Of a stretch of 64,000 nt of DNA, positions 39,817 through 51,909 are shown one piece after another (within the stretch, counting starts at the first letter, position 1; each line of letters opens with the position of its first letter). The DNA comes from Ancylonema sp. (lineage: Eukaryota). The stretch is from positions 1-64,000 of the forward strand of contig JBFLGF010000143.1 in the NCBI GenBank assembly GCA_050230475.1, read 5' to 3'. The notes below the pieces were generated by a model. That model was not told the DNA's origin, made no database searches, and worked only from the letters and a program-made list of their open reading frames with translations. The translations under genes and the position numbers were made by a program.

Positions 39817-40790
39817 TTACACAACGTCGGAGGTAGGCACCGGCAGCGAGTGGCGCGCTCTTCTTTCATTCAGCCATTGATGCTGACTGGATTCATACCA
39901 AGCAGTGCACTTGCGTTTGCCCTTCTTGCTAAGAAGCGTGAAGCAAGCAAGTGGAGCGAGGGGAAGCTGCAGACTTGTCCACGAGTTTGCAGCTTTTTTA
40001 AAGAACGCTTTCGTACTGCTTGTGCAGGCTTGGAAGATCATAGATCCGAGGGCAGGGGAGGCGTTTGCAGCCCTGAGGAAGGCAGGTGTGAAGACAGCGG
40101 TAGTATCTAATTTTGACACCCGTCTCCGACCCATTCTGAAAGCTCTGGAGTGCGACCACTGGTTTGATGCCATGGCTATATCTGCTGAGGTGATAAATCC
40201 ACGAAATTATATTGTCGCTTCGATAGAATCGGTGTTTGTACACTCCACCACCGCTTGCATTGCTGTCGACTCCTTTAGCAAAGAGAAAAGGAGAAGAGAA
40301 GGGGGTGTGTCCATGTTCCTCTCTCGTAACATTGAAGTTGCCAAACATCATCCAATCAAGGAACAAGCTGACATGCACGAAGAATCCGCAAAAAAAAGTG
40401 CCCCTCAGTTACATGGGAGCTTTCGACCGTGTTTGGATGTCTCCCCAGGTGCGTGCAGAGAAGCCGAATCCAATCATATTCCATAAAGCGTGTGAGCTGC
40501 TTCAAGTAGAGCCCCATGAGGCCATTCACGTGGGGGATGACCGGAGAAACGATGTGTGGGGGGCAAGAGATGCCGGTTGCGCGACTTTGCATTGGGGATG
40601 CGATGTCTTCACCTTCTCTCAAGTGAGGGCTCCTGTTGTGTTGTTGTGTGAAACGGGTCAACACTCATTGGAAGACATTGAAGGCAGCGCTCGTGCGTGT
40701 TGTCTCTATAGGTGGTATGAAAGAAGGTTCTTTCATCTTATATGTCACCTCATCTTTATCTCATGTATCATCTTATCTCATCTTTTATAA
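39817..40790 (+). pseudogene. 5'-truncated duplicate of the HAD hydrolase (end of exon 3 onward)
   Basis: Near-identical exons AWKIIDPRAGEAF...AISAE and VRAEKPNPIIF...DVFTFSQ. HAD motif I and the start codon are absent. Confidence 0.88.
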
Positions 40791-41878
40791 TATCCACTGT
40801 TGGAGTAGTAAGACGGCGCTTGTTGCACCACTAGATGCCAATGGAGGCGCACGTGCTGATTTGATTGTGTGTGGTGGTGTGTGGCTAGGTGGCGCAGGAG
40901 CTCGGTGTACACATTGAGGAGTCATAGGACGTGGCTCAATGTCGAGACGACAATGTGTAGAAATTGCAACGGCCAAATGGACTTGCACATGGATAGTTGG
41001 TGTAGTTGCAAATGTGATATACTATTGCCGTTGGTTGTGTGAGTGCCACGAAGTACGGCAGAAGTACGACACTGCCTTGTTTATATTCAAGTAATGGGAT
41101 ACATCGGGCCAAGGAGGTGCAGCACTTGTTTTCCAAATCACACCGACATTCACATATATTTTCTACACTTTACCACCATCAATATCTTCTACACCTATTC
41201 CCATTGGTTGGTGATATTGCTCACCAAGATTTTGTTATTTATGAAGATTTTTGTAGTGGCGTCATGCATGCTCATAGTGATGCTTTATGTGTCATACCTC
41301 CAATCAATCATTGAAGTTTAGTACAATCAAGTCAATGATGAATGGTGAACTGTTGCCGTCAAGTAAAGAAGGGCTCTTGGTCATGATGTATATGTGTTAG
41401 CTTCGTTTGTACCCGTGTGTCTACTATTCATCCGAATAAGTACACATGTATCATCTTATGGCATTTGTACGAAAGCCTCAAATTTTCTTGGCATCCGATC
41501 AGATGAAATCATTCATCGTGACAACACGAGTGAGATAAATTGGTTGAATATGTGACAATTACATTTCACAATGCTTTACTGGATTAGTAACCAGACAAAT
41601 GTTGCTCGACCACCAAAAAAGGCTCAAAATTACCGAAGCAATGCCACATGCATTTGATTTTGTACAAGAAGAGTATGGAGACCTAGCCTACCCTAATGTA
41701 CATATTCTTTCCTTCTCTCCATGCTCCCCAATCTTCTTTCGTGCCAGCATCATGTCGACGACATTGCTAGTGCTGTGCGCAAAAACCACGATTAATTATC
41801 GATTGCGTCTTTCTACATCTATTCCAAACTCAGCGGAATCACTTTATTGAGTTATACACGTACCACCGACCAAATTGT

Positions 41879-43627
41879 TCACATGATGATTTCTGGTTTG
41901 AAGATGGAGACTTTGATTTCTTTGTGAGGAAGGATCTTGGCCCCGTTGACATACAACTCGTCGCTGATGTGGACATCCTCGCCAAGCACTTTGTTAGAAA
42001 ACTCATGTAGAGAGGCTCTCCACGCGGACCCAGGAGCCAATCCAGATTCTTGTGGAATGCCACCTGTCAACACATGTCCATTATCGACCCCTCGCTGCGT
42101 CAGAAAACTCATGCAACATGCAGGTTGCGGTGGTAGAGAGGCTTAGTCCAGTGTGTGGGGCCATAATTACCCCACGAGAACCCCTCAGTGCTGGACGGGG
42201 TTTTGACCCTTTGGTTTGGGCTCTGACTACGGCAGCAGTCACTCCTTGGCTCACCCCACGATGCTCCCCGTGACGCACGCGTGTTTCTTGATCCTGACAC
42301 CCCTCATGATGGTGCAGCGAGTGAGGCGCACGCCGTCCTCGATGACGCACCCCGGGCCGATGCACACGTCGGGGCCGAAGAGGCAGCCCTCCCCCACGCT
42401 GGCGGAGGCGTCGATCATCACGCACGTTCCCCACCGTGTGGGCCCCGCTGGCCAGCCGCTCCGGGAAGCGGTGGCGGAGGGAGTCGAGGTAGAGGACGAG
42501 GCCGGTGAGGACGTCCTTGGGCTGCCCGATGTCCATCCAGAACCCCGGGAGCTCCGGAGCTCCATGGCGAACAGCTTGCCCTCCTTGGCGATGAAGGGGA
42601 ACACCTCCTTCTCGATGCTGGTGGGCTTGAGCGGGATGCGCGGAGGGCGAGAGGAGGTAGATGCCCGCGTTGATCTTGGTGCCCACAAAGATCTTCGGCT
42701 TCTCCACAAACCGCTGCACCTGCCCGCTGCTCTCCTCCAGAATCACCACCCCGTACTTGGACGGCTCCTCCACCCTCGTCACCAGCAGCGTGGCTTCCGC
42801 GCCGCGGGCCGTGTGGAAGGCGGCCATGGCCGTCAGGGGGTACTCGCTGATGACGTCGCTGTTGAGCACGAAGAAGGGGTCCCCGCTGCCGTCGTCCAGA
42901 ATGTGCTTGGCCAGTGCCAGGGGGCCAGCTGTCCCCATGGGCTCCGTCTCCTGCGAGCACACGATCTTGATGTCCAGGCGGGACTCGAACTCCTTCAGAA
43001 ACGACAACATCACCTGCCGCCAAACAGAGCCGGGAAAACGAATTAAGTTTTTCAGATCCGCAATAAAAGAGGAAACCTCCAGCAGCGACATTGGCGACAT
43101 CATATGAGCGAATGCAGTGAAGGAGCATCGTGACATGTCAGCGCAATACCTCGGGCTGTTAGTTGATGGCGAGCACACCTTCATCGACTCCCGCTTCCTT
43201 TAGTGCCTCAATCTGAAGAAAAAAAAACAGCGATGATTTGAGCACCTGGTGCACCTGTTCCCCTGCTCACGAAATGCTGACTGCAGTAGCTTGTCTCTTT
43301 ATTACAAACTAATCCACACTGCCTGCATGCTTCAACGGGATTTTTGAGGAAGTAGGCGACGAGGACGTACGTTGAATGATGCCACATTAACAGCTGGACG
43401 ATGCCAAATGAACGCTCAGGAATCCACGAGTTCTCAATGTCACTAGCAGCAAAGGTAGTTCGTGTTCTGTCGAGACTGCAAGAGCGACAGCCACGTGTTG
43501 AACCTGTCTAACTCACCTGATGCAGAATCATCGGCTTGTTGGCAAAATCCACTAGCGGTTTAGGAACGCTTAATGTCAGTGGACGCAGGCGGGTGCCGAA
43601 CCCACCGACGAGAATTAATGCTTTCAT
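41879..43627 (-). pseudogene. GDP-mannose pyrophosphorylase (VTC1/CYT1-like) pseudogene
   Basis: Exon 1 at 43517-43627 is intact ([18 protein letters not shown]). Exon 2 reads AIN*QPE. Exon 3 has frameshifting indels near 42645, 42555 and 42425, and exon 4 has insertions. Confidence 0.88.
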
Positions 43628-45314
43628 ATTTTTTGTCCGGCGGATTGCTACGGAGCAGAAAGAGTGACTGCGAATCGCAAAAAGGATGAACTTTGGGTTG
43701 GCAGGTGAGATGATGCAGACGCTGCAGGTCTATCGATGTATCCAGGCGGAGGACAAGACGTGCAGCTGAATAGCGTTCTTTTCTTTCAACGTGAGTGAGG
43801 CTGCGCTTGCTGGTATGCGGTGATCAGCACAGAAGTCTATGAAAGCCTCCAAAGTTGTGTTCACACCGTTTCAGTTCACAGTCATTTCTATGATCTGTAT
43901 CAACTCCGTCGCGAATCACGGAACTGGAACGTGCGGAAGTTCCGCCGATATCATCGGGATGATACCAATCGCATTTATCGCACACCCAGTCTTCGCCATG
44001 GTAATCAGGTGTTTTTTTGGTGTACTAGCCAGGAGAATTGATAAATCTCCTGGCCGGCTGGAAATCGACCGAATTACGAGTTAGTTTCTGGTAGGAATCA
44101 ATTTCCCATCCACTAGGTTTGACCGCCCGTACCGAGGGTAGACCTCCTGCGTGGAATCGTCTTAAATTTATTGAATCAGCTGAATTAGGCTTGACAAGAA
44201 TTGCCCGTCAAAAGGATATGGCAATTGACACGTGCGCAATTAATCAATCAAATGCATACGTGCATTTTCCGCGTGCACAAGATACGACCATTTGAGTGTG
44301 TGGGTGGCACATATACTAATAAGTGCATTACTAATATGTGCATACTATCATTCTTCGCTTCGTCGGACGTGCCCATCGTGTACGATATGGATTGCTTTCA
44401 TATCCGATACGAGCTATACTTCAAACCGATGGAGGACCGATGTGTAGGTCATTGTTGCTCTATTTGTCAGAATGTCGAGCGAAAATAAATAATGCTGTCG
44501 TTTTCGTACTATTATCCATCATAACATAACATTCCATTGTGTGCAAGTAGGCGCAAATTTGCAAAACAAAGTACCAAAATACCAATACACCAAAATACTA
44601 GTAAATCCCTTGTTGTGGGGGGCTAGAACATGCCGGTTCCGAGCGGAACAGAACTGAACAAAAAAGATGCTCAAACAGAACATTGAATGAAGTATTGATG
44701 AGGGTTTGAAGGTAAGACTTTCGCTCAATAAACGTGTGCACACAAGTGTGATCGCACGTGTATGCTAGAAAAACTAGGTTGATTACACTCGGAATGGGGG
44801 TTTGGTGAAATACAAGGTTGATGACACGTGCGATCGCACGTGTTACTATTCTGGATTGACAAACTTCGCTGAAAGCGTGTATCACGAATGTGATGTATGA
44901 ATGTGATTTGTACAAAGGAAGAACTCACGAGGGGTTTTAACTCCGTGTTGTATTTCATATTAGGGGTTTTACTCCGACAACCTATATTCCAAAAAGCACC
45001 AGTTTCCGAGGGGCGGGGTCCTTCAATAATGATGCTCTGACGGACCGACCCAGCGAGTGGCGCGTGCGTGCAGGCCTTTGTGAAGCAACGACGAATCAGA
45101 TCAAAGATTCCTCCAACACCTGGCCATGTGCCTCCAGACTCTCTGGCATACTCCCGTCAACGGAAAATGAGGGACTCACAGCACTCCTTTGGCCGACCTT
45201 GGAAAAGTTACGTGTTACGCTGATACATCCATCTCCAGCAACGGCATTGCCTCAATCCTGCATTTCCCACAGTCATACATACATTCTAATTGGCTTCCCA
45301 TTCTAGTGCCGAAG

Positions 45315-47107
45315 ATGAAGGCTTTAATTCTTGTGGGTGGTTTCGGGACTCGCCTCCGTCCACTAACACTGAGCGTCCCGAAGCCGTTGGTGGACTTCGC
45401 CAACAAGCCTATGATTTTGCACCAGGTGATAGCACTGATAATGCTGAATGCCGATGCTCGTAATTTTCGCAGGGCAAGTCAGGGAGTAATCTGGGAGGAA
45501 ATTGACGACGTCTATGGTGTGGTATTGTATTTATCATGGTTGGAAGCTGACGATCGTCTATGGTGTGGTATTGTATTTATCCTGGTTGGAAGCTGACGAT
45601 CGTCATCTCGTCATAATCATCGCGTTTTCCCCAAGACCCGTCCTTTTAATTCATGCGATTACCTGGTGCCATTCTTTCATAACTTTTCGCAACCTCAGAC
45701 ACTGTCCTGCAATGTCATAATAAACGCCATCATTCTTTGAGGGGGAAAAATCGCCTGCTCATGTGATGTCTTCCGCTGCGCCCTTTTTCTTGTAGATCGA
45801 GGCTCTAAAAGCCGCTGGAGTTGACGAGGTCGTCCTCGCGATCAACTACCAGCCCGAGGTGCGCCACAGTGTCGCTTGACTTACGTCCAATACCATTATC
45901 CTTACAGTGCCGCATTTTGGCTTCCGCTTGATTTTGATTTTGAAAATTTCCCCATAAACCAGAAATATTGCCCTGGAACCTTATCTGCAAGAGGTCCTCA
46001 CATCGCTCGCCCCACCTGGCTCTGTTTGGCGGCAGGTGATGTTGTCGTTTCTGAAGGAGTTCGAGTCCCGCCTGGACATCAAGATCGTGTGCTCGCAGGA
46101 GACGGAGCCCATGGGGACAGCTGGCCCCCTGGCACTGGCCAAGCACATTCTGGACGACGGCAGCGGGGACCCCTTCTTCGTGCTCAACAGCGACGTCATC
46201 AGCGAGTACCCCCTGACGGCCATGGCCGCCTTCCACACGGCCCGCGGCGCGGAAGCCACGCTGCTGGTGACGAGGGTGGAGGAGCCGTCCAAGTACGGGG
46301 TGGTGATTCTGGAGGAGAGCAGCGGGCAGGTGCAGCGGTTTGTGGAGAAGCCGAAGATCTTTGTGGGCACCAAGATCAACGCGGGCATCTACCTCCTCTC
46401 GCCCTCCACCCTGGCGCGCATCCCGCTCAAGCCCACCAGCATCGAGACGGAGGTGTTCCCCTTCATCGCCAAGGAGGGCAAGCTGTTCGCCATGGAGCTC
46501 CCGGGGTTCTGGATGGACATCGGGCAGCCCAAGGACTTCCTCACCGGCCTCGTCCTCTACCTCGACTCCCTCCGCCACCGCTTCCCGGAGCGGCTTGCCA
46601 GCGGGGCCCACACGGTGGGGAACGTGATGATCGACGCCTCCGCCAGCGTGGGGGAGGGGTGCCTCGTCGGCCCGGACGTGTGCATCGGCCCGGGGTGCGT
46701 CATCGAAGACGGCGTGCGCCTCACGCGCTGCACCATCATGAGAGGCGTGAGGATCAAGAAACACGCGTGCGTCACGGGGAGCATCGTGGGGTGAGCCAAG
46801 GAGTGACTGCTGCCGTAGTCAGAGCCCAAACCAAAGGGTCAAAACCCCGTCCAGCACTGAGGGGTTCTCGTGGCCCCACACACTTAAGCCTCTCTACCAC
46901 CGCAACCTGCATTGAGTTTTCTGACGCAGCGAGGGGGCATGTGTTGACAGGTGGCATTCCACCATTGGCTCCTGGGTCCGCGTGGAGAACATGAGTGTGC
47001 TTGGCGAGGATGTCCACATCAGCGACGAGTTGTACGTCAACGGGGCCAAGATCCTTCCTCACAAAGAAATCAAAGTCTCCATCTTCAAACCAGAAATCAT
47101 CATGTGA
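45315..47107 (+). CDS. VTC1: GDP-mannose pyrophosphorylase (mannose-1-phosphate guanylyltransferase), 361 aa
   Basis: Exons 45315-45425, 45796-45858, 46036-46790 and 46951-47107 total 1086 nt in one open frame. Motifs [35 protein letters not shown] and a C-terminal hexapeptide region ending PEIIM*. Confidence 0.96.
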
Positions 47108-48147
47108 ACATGTGAGCCACGCCATGAAGTCGAGGAGGAGCTGTGGTTGATCCGATACATCTCTCCTTCCACTTGGAAGTCGATATACATTTTATTCATT
47201 GTGGGAGAAAATAATGCCCAAACTCCCCAGATACGACCCTTTCAAAATGTCACTCACTCATTGGTAGCGGAGCTACCTTGCGTGAGTCTCCAATTTTGAG
47301 CGTAGTTTTTTCTTACGTCTTGTAGCACACAACCGTCTCGGACAGGTATGCCTCCATTAATGTACAGCTATAGCAGCATGTGGAGCAGCATAGCAGTCAG
47401 TACGAGCTTTAATTGACAACACGAATTGTCCATAGATTGCGAAAAAACATGCAAAGAGCGCTGTCATAAGCCCCGTGAGAGAATGCGGGGGACGATCGGA
47501 TGCCCTCTTTCACATTTGATGTACATGGAGAACAGCGATGGCTGTACTATTTGAAACACATCGATGTCCGCAACATTCAAATTTTATGGTTACCGCCAGC
47601 TGAGTCAACATATAAGATGCGTATCCCACACAACCCACCACACCATCGGCTTGTGGATAATAAAAACTTGCCTTCTGCCTAAAGAGTGACACGTGTTGAC
47701 ACATGTTGCACTTGGAGAATTCACATTCACAAGCAAAATTGTGTACTCATCTGCGCATCGATCATATCACACACATAAGTACCGCCACTCCCTCTTAAAG
47801 CTACCTTGAGACTCTAGATGGGTACTGAAATTGTGAACACAAAATAATGACCTCCTTCCAGCCGTAGGATCTGCCTCTAAACCACATAAGACCTGAACCA
47901 AAGGAAATTTCCCGTCTTTCCAAACCGCCCTCTAACAATCACTTTAGTCCACAATCCCGGGTGAGAGAAACAGTGTGACAAACAACAGATTCGATCCAGA
48001 AAAGACACCTGTTCTTCACCTCTCACCCTCACTCTGCTTCTGTGCGGAGCGTGTGACAAGCCTCTGTGGAACCGCCACGTGTCATTCTGCCAACAACGTC
48101 ACATAGATGCCAGAGATGCCACGTGTCTTCCTCCTGGGCTGCCACCT

Positions 48148-49029
48148 GTCAGACAATCAGCCGTCTCGCCCAGTCCAGCGCCTTGAGCAGCACCTTCAGA
48201 GGCGGCGGCACCTTGAGGCCGTCCACCAGACTCTCTCCCGGCTTCATCACCAACACCTGTCGCCCACCCATCATTCACAACAATCATTCAGAATTATAAT
48301 AGAATTATAATAGAATTATAATAGAATTATAATAGAATTATAATAGAATTGTAATAGAATTATAATAGAATTGTAATAGAATTATAATAGAATTATAATA
48401 TAATTACAACAGAATTATTACAGAATTATTATATAATTATTATATAATATGATTATGATATGATTATAATATGATTATAATATGATTATAATATGATTAT
48501 AATATGATTATAACATAGCTTTTCACAAGACCCGTGCTCCGATTAGTGAGAGTAGCCAACCAGGCGTGAGTGCTGCCATGGGCCTCGAGTGAGTCCCTCT
48601 GTTTTTGGGATGGTGTGAACCCCAAGGAAAGCAGCACAGCAGTGGTACTCCTTGGATTGATCCACACCTTCTCCGACTTTCTCCGAAACTTCCTGTCTCC
48701 TGCCATCAACTGCCTCATCCACACCCCCCCCCCCACTCACTTCCACCTTCCTCCACCCCCACTTGTTTGCGTCTGCGTGCGAGTAGTGGTACAGATCCAG
48801 TCTGGTGGGGCCTTGAATGGCCGACCCCCGATCCTCCACCACTCCCCAACCGTATCCGGGGATGTGCATCCGAGTTCCGAAGGGGAAGTGGCGGGTATCA
48901 GCAGCGATGGTGCCGTGACGCGGAAAAAACCTCCACGGAAAGAGAAGTAACCTGCCGGGAATGCGCTCCACTTGCCGCAGGCTGAGAGGACTGAGGATGG
49001 CGGGGCGAGACTGAGCCGGGTATGTGCCC
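48148..49029 (-). pseudogene. 5'-truncated duplicate of the 3D-domain gene lacking introns 3 and 4
   Basis: Contiguous GTYPAQSRPA...HGTIAADTRHFPFGTRMHIPGYGWGVVEDRGSAIQGPTRLDLY, then an intron, then VLVMKPGESLVDGLKVPPPLKVLLKALDWARRLIV*. The TAYC-containing 5' exons are absent. Confidence 0.85.
48289..48512. repeat. AT-rich 11-mer minisatellite (TAGAATTATAA / ATATGATTATA), with a degenerate counterpart at ~50130-50400
   Basis: Read directly. It lies in the last intron of both 3D-gene copies. Confidence 0.95.
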
Positions 49030-49979
49030 AAACTAGCAAGGTATGACCCTTTCAAAATGTCACCCACTCATTGGTGGCGGAGCTACCTTGCGTGAGTCAG
49101 AAATTTTGAGCATAGTTTTTTCTTACATCTTGTAGCCCGCCACTCGGACAGTTATGCCTTCATTAGTGTAGAGCTATAGCAGTGTGTGAAGCAGTATAGC
49201 AATAGTGTACGAGCTTTAATTGACAACACATAGCGTCCATTGTTTGCGTAAAAACATGCGAAAAGCGATGTCAGAAGCATTGTTTTGAGCATCGTACGGG
49301 AATGCAGCAAACAGTCGGATGCCCTCTTTCACAGTTGACGTAGATGGGGAACAGCAACGGCTGTACTCGTTGTGACGAATCGATATCTGTAACATTCAAA
49401 TTTTATGATTCCCGCCAGCTGAGTCAACAAATAAATGTACATCCCACACAACCCACCACACCATCGGTTTGCGCATAATAAACACTAGCCTTATGCCTTA
49501 AGAGCGACACGCGTGAACACATCTTGCACTTGGAGTATGCACATTCACAAGCATAGTGTGTCAAATCAGTGCATCGATCACACTACACACAAGTACCGCC
49601 AGTCCCTCTTTTTGTTATCTTGAGACTCTAGATGGGTACTGCAATTGTAAAATTGCAGTACAAAATAATGACCACCATCCTCACTGACCTCCTTCCAGCC
49701 GTAGGGGCTGCCTCTATACCACATAAGGTCTGAACCAAAGAAAATTTCCGTCTTTCCAAACTGTCCTCTAACAGTCTCTCTAGTCCACAATCACAGTGTG
49801 AAAAACAACACAAACAGATTCGATCCAAAAAACGTTCTTCATTCCCATCGCCATGCACACCCTCACTCTCACTCTGCTTCTGTGCTGAACGTGTGACAAG
49901 CCTCTGTGGAACCGCCACGTGTCAGTCTGCCAACAAGGTCACATAGATGCCACGTGTCTTCCTCCTGAACCGCTACCTG

Positions 49980-51909
49980 TCACACAATCAGCCGTCTCGC
50001 CCAGTCCAGCGCCTTCAGCAGCACCTTCAGAGGTGGGGGCACCATGAGGCCATCCACCAGACTCTCTCCCGGCATCATCACTAACACCTGTCGCCCACAC
50101 ATGCCCAGCCATCATTGACAGTAATCATTCATAATTAGTATATAATGAGTATATAATTATAATAAAATCATAATATAGTTAGTATATTATTATAATATAA
50201 TTATAAGGCAATTATAATATAATTAGTATATAATTATAATATAATTATAATATTGTCATAGTATAATCATAACATAATTATAATGTAATTATAATATAAC
50301 TATAACATAATTCTAATATAATCATAATGTAATTATAATATAGTTTTAACATAATTATAATACAATTACAATGTAATTATAAAATGATCATAATATAGTT
50401 TTTCATATGAGTTGTGCTCCGATTAGTGAGAGAAGCCAAACAGGCGTCACTGCTGCCATGGGGCTTGAGTAAGTCCCTCTGTTTTGGGGATGGCGTGGCC
50501 ATGAAGGAAAGCAGCACAGAAGGGGTATTCCTTGGATTGGTCCACACACCACACCTTCTCCGAAACTTCCTGTCTACTGCCATCAACTCATGCCATGCCT
50601 CATGCCCTGCCTCATTTTCACACACCCTCCACTCACTTCGACCTTCCTCCTCCCCCATTTGTTTGCATCCGCATGCGAGTAATGATACAGATCCAGTCTG
50701 GTGGGGCCTTGTATGGCAGACCCCCGATCCTCCACCTGTCCGCAACCAGGGTGGCAGGAGATATGAGAGGTGGGGGTTGCAGGATCCGACACAATCTTCC
50801 ACAACTCTCGAGAAGTAATATGTCGCACGTTTGCACTGGGGGGCCGAAAATACAAGTGTAGAGGGACTGGGGGGGTGGAGAAGGGGTGAGGGAAAGAGTG
50901 AGTGGGTGGGGAGTACCCACCACTCCCCAACCGTAGCCGGGGATGTGCATTCGAGTTCCGAAGGGGAAGTGTCGGGTATCAGCGGCTATTGTGCCGTGAC
51001 GCGGCAGAAATCTCCACGGAAAGAGAAGTATTCTGCCAGGAATGCGCTCCACTTGGCGTAGGCTGAGAGGACTGAGACTGGCGGGGCGAGACTGGAGGCA
51101 CCAATCGGAGAGAGAGAGGTGGAGTGAGTTGTGGTGCAGCGATGAGGAGGCGGGGTATGCGGCCTGACCTGAGCCGGGTATGTGCCCCGTGCGGTTAGTC
51201 CCTGGTAGTGGTATCCCAACAGATTGGTGTCCGTCCAATATCTGAAGGGGAAAGCAAACGTACGGCTGAGATGATGTGAGGCACTGAAAGCAGATGTGAG
51301 CAGAATAGAGAAGGAAAGAGACACGCGAATGAGTCGTGGACGGATAAGGAGTAGGGAGGATGGGTGGCTGGGTGGCTGGGTGGATGGCGGGGCAGTACTT
51401 GGCCAGAAACGGGATGCTGGTCTTTTTCACTGCCCTTTTGCGAGAGCGGATGCGTATGGGAATGAGGGAGGGGGCGAAGCCAATGTAGAAATTTCCGGGA
51501 AGCTTCAAGCCCCACTCCCACTTGCAGCAGTGGCCGCAGCTGGGAGCGCAAAGGAGGGATATGAGGGGGGCAGAGTATGTGCGGAATCACAAGATCGTAC
51601 TCTGGTGATGTCTGTTGTTTTATCGTACATTGTGTGGAGATTTTTGCTGACTGGATCAGTGGTGAAGCATGGGGTGAGATGTGAATGAGACTTTTGCGCA
51701 AAAACAAGCGGAAGAGCAGCATACTGGCAACGGCCCTGCAACTGCGTGTCAGCCTGACGTCAGCTCCAGAAATATATCACACGATTTCAGAAGTCCGATG
51801 TGGCGCATTCGTTCTATTCTGATACGTGATCTTTACAGTACTTGATGGGCACAGGTAGATTAATTTACCTGCAATACGCAGTGCATTCCAGCAAACTCGT
51901 CGTCGGCAT
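49980..51909 (-). CDS. 3D (Asp-Asp-Asp) domain protein of bacterial type, 210 aa
   Basis: Exons 51869-51909, 51399-51539, 51169-51241, 50921-51091, 50637-50735 and 49980-50087 are all GT-AG, in phase, and total 633 nt. Protein: MPTTSLLECTAYCSCGHCCKWEWG...GLTARGT...GTIAADTRHFPFGTRMHIPGYGWGVVEDRGSAIQGPTRLDLYHYSHADANKWGRRKVEV. Confidence 0.88.

Larger units (their letters stand above)
47232..51190. repeat. Tandem duplication (~47232-49029 and ~49044-51190) covering the 3' part and 3' flank of the 3D-domain gene
   Basis: Both units start at GACCCTTTCAAAATGTCAC and stay colinear through flank, exon 6, intron 5 and exons 5-3. Confidence 0.92.

Noticed and set aside
45508..45604. ~46-bp tandem duplication in GMP intron 1
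   Set aside because: Ordinary intronic slippage with no effect on splice sites.
42216..46994. Long alternative-frame and antisense ORFs over the GMP copies
   Set aside because: These are shadows of the GC-rich exon 3, where stop codons are rare.
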